In this document: positions 60,485-64,000 of the stretch, piece after piece
Position numbering within the stretch: the stretch's first letter is position 1
Layout: each line of letters opens with the position of its first letter
NCBI GenBank assembly: GCA_024650005.2
Contig: CP122380.1
Location: 1,120,001 to 1,184,000 of the forward strand
Origin: Candidatus Bathyarchaeum tardum
Lineage (GTDB): Archaea; Thermoproteota; Bathyarchaeia; Bathyarchaeales; Bathyarchaeaceae
Reading direction: 5' to 3'
DNA: 64,000 nt
Program-made: the position numbers and the translations under genes
The notes under the pieces: model-generated
The model's input: only the letters and a program-made list of their open reading frames with translations
The model's database searches: none
Told to the model about the DNA's origin: nothing

Positions 60485-61399
60485 CTAAAATAATTTATAA
60501 TTGTCAGAATAAACTTCAAACCTCTCATCTAATGCTGGTGAATTAATATCTAAGTTATCTTGTAATTCGTTTGAAAAAGTCTCATACTGAAGTTCCATTG
60601 CTTCCAGTCCAAATGTTCTAAGTAGAAAAAACTCTGTTTGAACACAATATGCAAATGTTATTTGTTTTAGATAGCGATCAAGGTTTTCTTTTACGCTATT
60701 CCCATAAAGTCTGAAGAATAAATATGCATCTTGATAGTTTATCCATTCACGTAATGTTCTTAAATAATTTGAAATTCCAATTCGCCTTTTACAGTAATTA
60801 TCACCCCTTGCGGCTCTCATTCTTTCTTTGGCGTATTCGAGGCACGATTTAATATTGGGAAGGTGATATTCGTCAGCGTATTCCCAATCAACTCTTTTTG
60901 AAAAAGTCCTAGAAAAAGATCCATTTTGAGATAAATAGAAGGAAAAGGGAGGAAGAACAAAATTTCTAAATCTTCTGGAACAAATTACATTCGATAAATA
61001 GTATTTCAAAATTCCATCATGGCCTTTGACATCAACATCAAATAATCGAACAATAGAAGTAATTGAACTAAAAACTGCATAGTAACATTGAATAACATTC
61101 CAAGCAGCAAAACGCATTCGTTCATCAATATTATCTAAAGGATTGTGTAATGCACATTCATGATACCAACAGTTTCTAAGATTTCTAAAATGTATCGTTT
61201 CAGTTTCAACATCCTTTCGTTTTTGAAGCTTACCCGCAGGAATAAGGTCATGAAGCATGTTGTTGCAGGTTCCACTCCAATCATTGCGCTTTTCCAAATA
61301 GAGGTAAACCATGACATCAGCTATGCTTCCTAAAAATTTTTCATGCGTGTTAAGGTATCTTTCTCTAAAAACTTCTGGTAAGGCCTCAAAAAATTTCAA
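60485..61399 (-). CDS. Putative HEPN-domain protein
   Basis: W.VIQCYYAVF, KGHDG and LRTLREWINYQD resemble the HEPN YY..F / H.G / R...Y motifs. Confidence 0.55.
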   Translation of the reverse strand: MKFFEALPEVFRERYLNTHEKFLGSIADVMVYLYLEKRNDWSGTCNNMLHDLIPAGKLQKRKDVETETIHFRNLRNCWYHECALHNPLDNIDERMRFAAWNVIQCYYAVFSSITSIVRLFDVDVKGHDGILKYYLSNVICSRRFRNFVLPPFSFYLSQNGSFSRTFSKRVDWEYADEYHLPNIKSCLEYAKERMRAARGDNYCKRRIGISNYLRTLREWINYQDAYLFFRLYGNSVKENLDRYLKQITFAYCVQTEFFLLRTFGLEAMELQYETFSNELQDNLDINSPALDERFEVYSDNYKLF

Positions 61400-61791
61400 T
61401 TAAGTTTCCCTCAATTTTTTATCTTTACTGGCATATATATTTCAATACTTTAGCAAAAATCTTTCGATTCTTCTAAATATTTGTTTTTCAAAATGTTTTG
61501 AATTATTATTTAATAACTTGAAAGACTATTGATGCTATTTTTCTAGCTTTAGCATCTAAACTCGACTGAGCGTTGCCTATGGTTTCACATCCTTACCTTG
61601 TCGTTCAGTAAGGAATCAACAATCACTACTGAGCTACACCCAAAAAACTTGGAATAGCTGTACTTCAGATTTTTTTCTCTTTAGGTATTGACTTTCTAGC
61701 AGAAAAAGTACATAACTTAGTCTGTCTAGGTCAACAAAATAAAACAGAATCTTGTTTTTCACTAGTCAGCCATTACATCATAGCACGGTTC

Positions 61792-61875
61792 TTAGATCAA
61801 AGCACAACATGAAGGGCAAACTGCATCGTCTTCTAAGATTTTTTCATTGCATATTGGGCATCTATGGCAACCCAT
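61792..61875 (-). CDS. 27-aa zinc-ribbon microprotein, missed by the ORF track
   Basis: ATG 61875 to TAA 61792 encodes MGCHRCPICNEKILEDDAVCPSCCALI (CPxC-x10-CPxC). Confidence 0.6.
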   Translation of the reverse strand: MGCHRCPICNEKILEDDAVCPSCCALI

Positions 61876-61892
61876 GTGTCTTCAGCCACTCT

Positions 61893-61911
61893 TTCAAGAA
61901 ACCTTGACTAA
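61893..61911 (-). promoter_or_regulatory. Seventh copy of the GTCAAG-N4-CTTGA palindrome
   Basis: TCAAGAAACCTTGACTAA at 61894-61911 is identical to 44069-44086. The palindrome starts 17 nt upstream of the Zn-ribbon ATG. Confidence 0.6.
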
Positions 61912-62140
61912 CTGTTTTTTTGAGACAAGTGTAGAGTACAACATGCAGAGAGTTTAGACAAGAAAAGAGAAGTCAAGACGACTCGACAGGAGCAAACAGG
62001 ACATTAATTCAAAACAGGCAAAGAAATAAGGGAAAATTTGAAACCCAAACCCACTTCACAAACTGTGAACCTGAATTAAAACCTAACAATAAATCACCAA
62101 TATTGTATTATCATTCTAAGACTCTTTCCTTCAAAAACAA

Positions 62141-62253
62141 TTGTTGTTGTTGACCCCCCCTCCCCTCCAACAACAACAAAACTAACTTTTTTTACACCAT
62201 TTTAAACTACAAGTAGTTGTTGTAAAGTTCCTGTAGCAAAAAAACAACTACTT
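62141..62253. repeat. Cluster of inverted repeats
   Basis: TTGTTGTTGTTG/CAACAACAACAA (62141-62179) around a C-rich loop, and AAGTAGTTGTT/AACAACTACTT (62211-62253). Confidence 0.75.
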
Positions 62254-62592
62254 CTATCTTCTTTTTTTGGTTCTTGTAGAATAGAATTACCTAGGTAAAA
62301 TTCAAACAGGAGCAAAAAATGTCATAAAACTGTAGGAGACCTAACAACATGCCAAAAAACGCCATTCTATAAATGTAAAACTTTCTTGGAACAAAATTTT
62401 GGTATATCAAAAACCGAAATGTACCTTAAATGATTTTGATTAACTCAGCATTCTTGTGAGTGCGTACATTTCTATTTCCCCTTGATGTCACAATCAAGTT
62501 TTGTGCGCATTCATTCCATTTTATTCATTGTTGCTTTAGGTGCAAAAACCAGCAAAACAATAAAGCATTAACATTAAACAAGATACACTAGG

Positions 62593-63102
62593 ATGAAAAT
62601 CATGGACAAAATTGTTTACAAACCCCTTGGGGTTGTGTATTCCCCTTTTGAGAAACCTCAGGATGTTCCTATACAATCTGCAGCTGCTAAAGGAGTAAAG
62701 GGAACCATCCAAATACACCAAGACTACATAAACGGTTTAAAAGACCTTGACGGATTTTCTCATTTGATTTTGATATACCATTTCCATCTAGCTAAACCAT
62801 ACTCTTTGCAGGTTAAACCCTTTTTAGACCAAAAACTTCATGGACTGTTTTCTACCCGTGCGCCTTCCCGTCCTAACCCAATTGGCATTTCAGTTGTCCG
62901 CCTTGAGAAAATAGAAAAAAACATTCTTCACATACAAGACGTAGACATAGTAAACAAAACCCCATTGTTAGACATCAAACCTTACGTGCCCAGTTTTGAC
63001 CAAAGAAACACAGAAAAAATAGGCTGGCTGACCAAAAACATCAACAAATTGTCTTCAACACGAGACGATGGCAGATTCGCCAAAAACCCCCAACAAAAAT
63101 AG
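62593..63102 (+). CDS. tsaA: tRNA (t6A37) N6-methyltransferase TrmO/TsaA (YaeB) family
   Basis: PLG...SPF, GL.DL.GFSHL.L.Y.FH, GLFSTRAPSRPNPIG.SVV, D....TPLLDIKPY. Confidence 0.9.
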   Translation: MKIMDKIVYKPLGVVYSPFEKPQDVPIQSAAAKGVKGTIQIHQDYINGLKDLDGFSHLILIYHFHLAKPYSLQVKPFLDQKLHGLFSTRAPSRPNPIGISVVRLEKIEKNILHIQDVDIVNKTPLLDIKPYVPSFDQRNTEKIGWLTKNINKLSSTRDDGRFAKNPQQK

Positions 63103-63113
63103 ATTTAATTGCA

Positions 63114-63773
63114 TTATTGTGGTTTTGTTGCTGTCAGTATTGCGATTTCTAGCCATTTGTATTGGCAGTCGACTTGGGTGTATCCGATTTGTTTGAGCCA
63201 TTCTAGTTGGGTGTGTACATCTAGGAGCTTGTTTGAGGGGTCGTCTGTTTCTGGGGTTAACCCTACTGCTGTTAAGAATTTTTGATGTAACTCAGGGGTT
63301 GCAGAGGCTACATGTTCCATGTTAAGAAAAACCCCGTTGGGTTTGAGGAGTTCAAAAATTTCTTTGTACAGCTGCTTTTTGCGTTCATCAAATAGATGAT
63401 GAATGGCTAGCCCTGAAATAACTAAATCAAATTTTTTCCATTGATTTTTGGGCAAGGGCATGTTAAGGTCATGCTTTATTACTTCAGCTAGACTGTTGTT
63501 TTCAAACCGTTTCCGGGCACGCTTTAGCATATGGTCAGAAAAGTCTAGTGCTACACCCTTTGCTTTTGGGTTTAACTGCAAAACCATCCACAGTAATCTG
63601 CCATCCCCTGTGCCCAAATCCAAAACATGAGTTACGTTAGATGGGATTTGTTCCAACAAAACAGACAGGGCTTCTTTCTTGTGCGGAACATTGTCTGCCA
63701 TTTTTTCAAGGTAATTATTGACATGTTTTTCGTCTGTCCATTTGTTAATGTCAGATGACTTGTTGTTTTGCAT
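63114..63773 (-). CDS. Class I SAM-dependent methyltransferase
   Basis: VLDLGTGDG, LDFS..ML, FDLVISGLAIHHL, LKPNGVF. Confidence 0.88.
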   Translation of the reverse strand: MQNNKSSDINKWTDEKHVNNYLEKMADNVPHKKEALSVLLEQIPSNVTHVLDLGTGDGRLLWMVLQLNPKAKGVALDFSDHMLKRARKRFENNSLAEVIKHDLNMPLPKNQWKKFDLVISGLAIHHLFDERKKQLYKEIFELLKPNGVFLNMEHVASATPELHQKFLTAVGLTPETDDPSNKLLDVHTQLEWLKQIGYTQVDCQYKWLEIAILTATKPQ

Positions 63774-63851
63774 TTTTGGTCCTCGTTTCTTTATTTTACA
63801 GGCAAACTACTAAAACTAGTTTGTCGTATTTTGTGCAGAGTGAAACAAAGC

Positions 63852-64000
63852 ATGTTCTTTGAAGAGAATTTGGCAAGCTTGAATCTGCTGGTACAAGAAC
63901 ACAACTTACGATTTGAAAAACGAGGCAGCAGACTAATTCTGATTGAACAAGTACCAAGGATTCTAAACAATCTATCAACATTAAAAGAACAACTTAAACA
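63852..64000 (+). CDS. Hypothetical protein, 3'-truncated by the window edge
   Basis: GAGTGA RBS, ATG 63852, frame open to the end (MFFEENLASLNLLVQEHNLRFEKRG...). Confidence 0.4.
   Translation, partial: MFFEENLASLNLLVQEHNLRFEKRGSRLILIEQVPRILNNLSTLKEQLK

Noticed and set aside
62153-62167. G-string of an ORB replication-origin box
   Set aside because: The TTCCAGTGGAAA-like ORB core is absent and there is no orc1/cdc6 gene in the window.

Overview
AT-rich archaeal chromosomal window, most likely Bathyarchaeia/TACK. This is inferred from eS25, a thermosome subunit, Rpo6, a Tes-type tetraether synthase and frequent TTG/GTG starts. Layout: (1) the 3' part of pyrC; (2) a ~32 kb surface-glycan/exopolysaccharide locus (1.3-33.6 kb) with six GT2, one GT4, a flippase, DUF2206/DUF1616 membrane proteins, four Gfo/Idh/MocA oxidoreductases, a pyruvyltransferase, two SGGLDS-type ATP pyrophosphatases and a CDP-sugar C-methylation module; (3) IscS, a Mut7-C RNase, and a redox/metal block (OsmC, ABC exporter, NosD-like, polyferredoxin) whose upstream regions share a GTCAAG-N4-CTTGAC palindrome; (4) housekeeping genes (thermosome, rpoK, rps25e, tes, TrmB); (5) an ~11 kb accessory island; (6) trmO/tsaA and a methyltransferase. 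The island holds a solo OLD nuclease, an M48 peptidase, a HEPN-like protein and an AbrB relic. It also holds the best candidate for an undescribed system: a tightly coupled operon of five small HTH proteins in two paralogous classes followed by an Mrr-like nuclease. Several small genes missed by the ORF track were found by hand. No tRNA, rRNA, CRISPR array, integrase or transposase was seen. All family calls come from motif recognition by eye; no database search was run.
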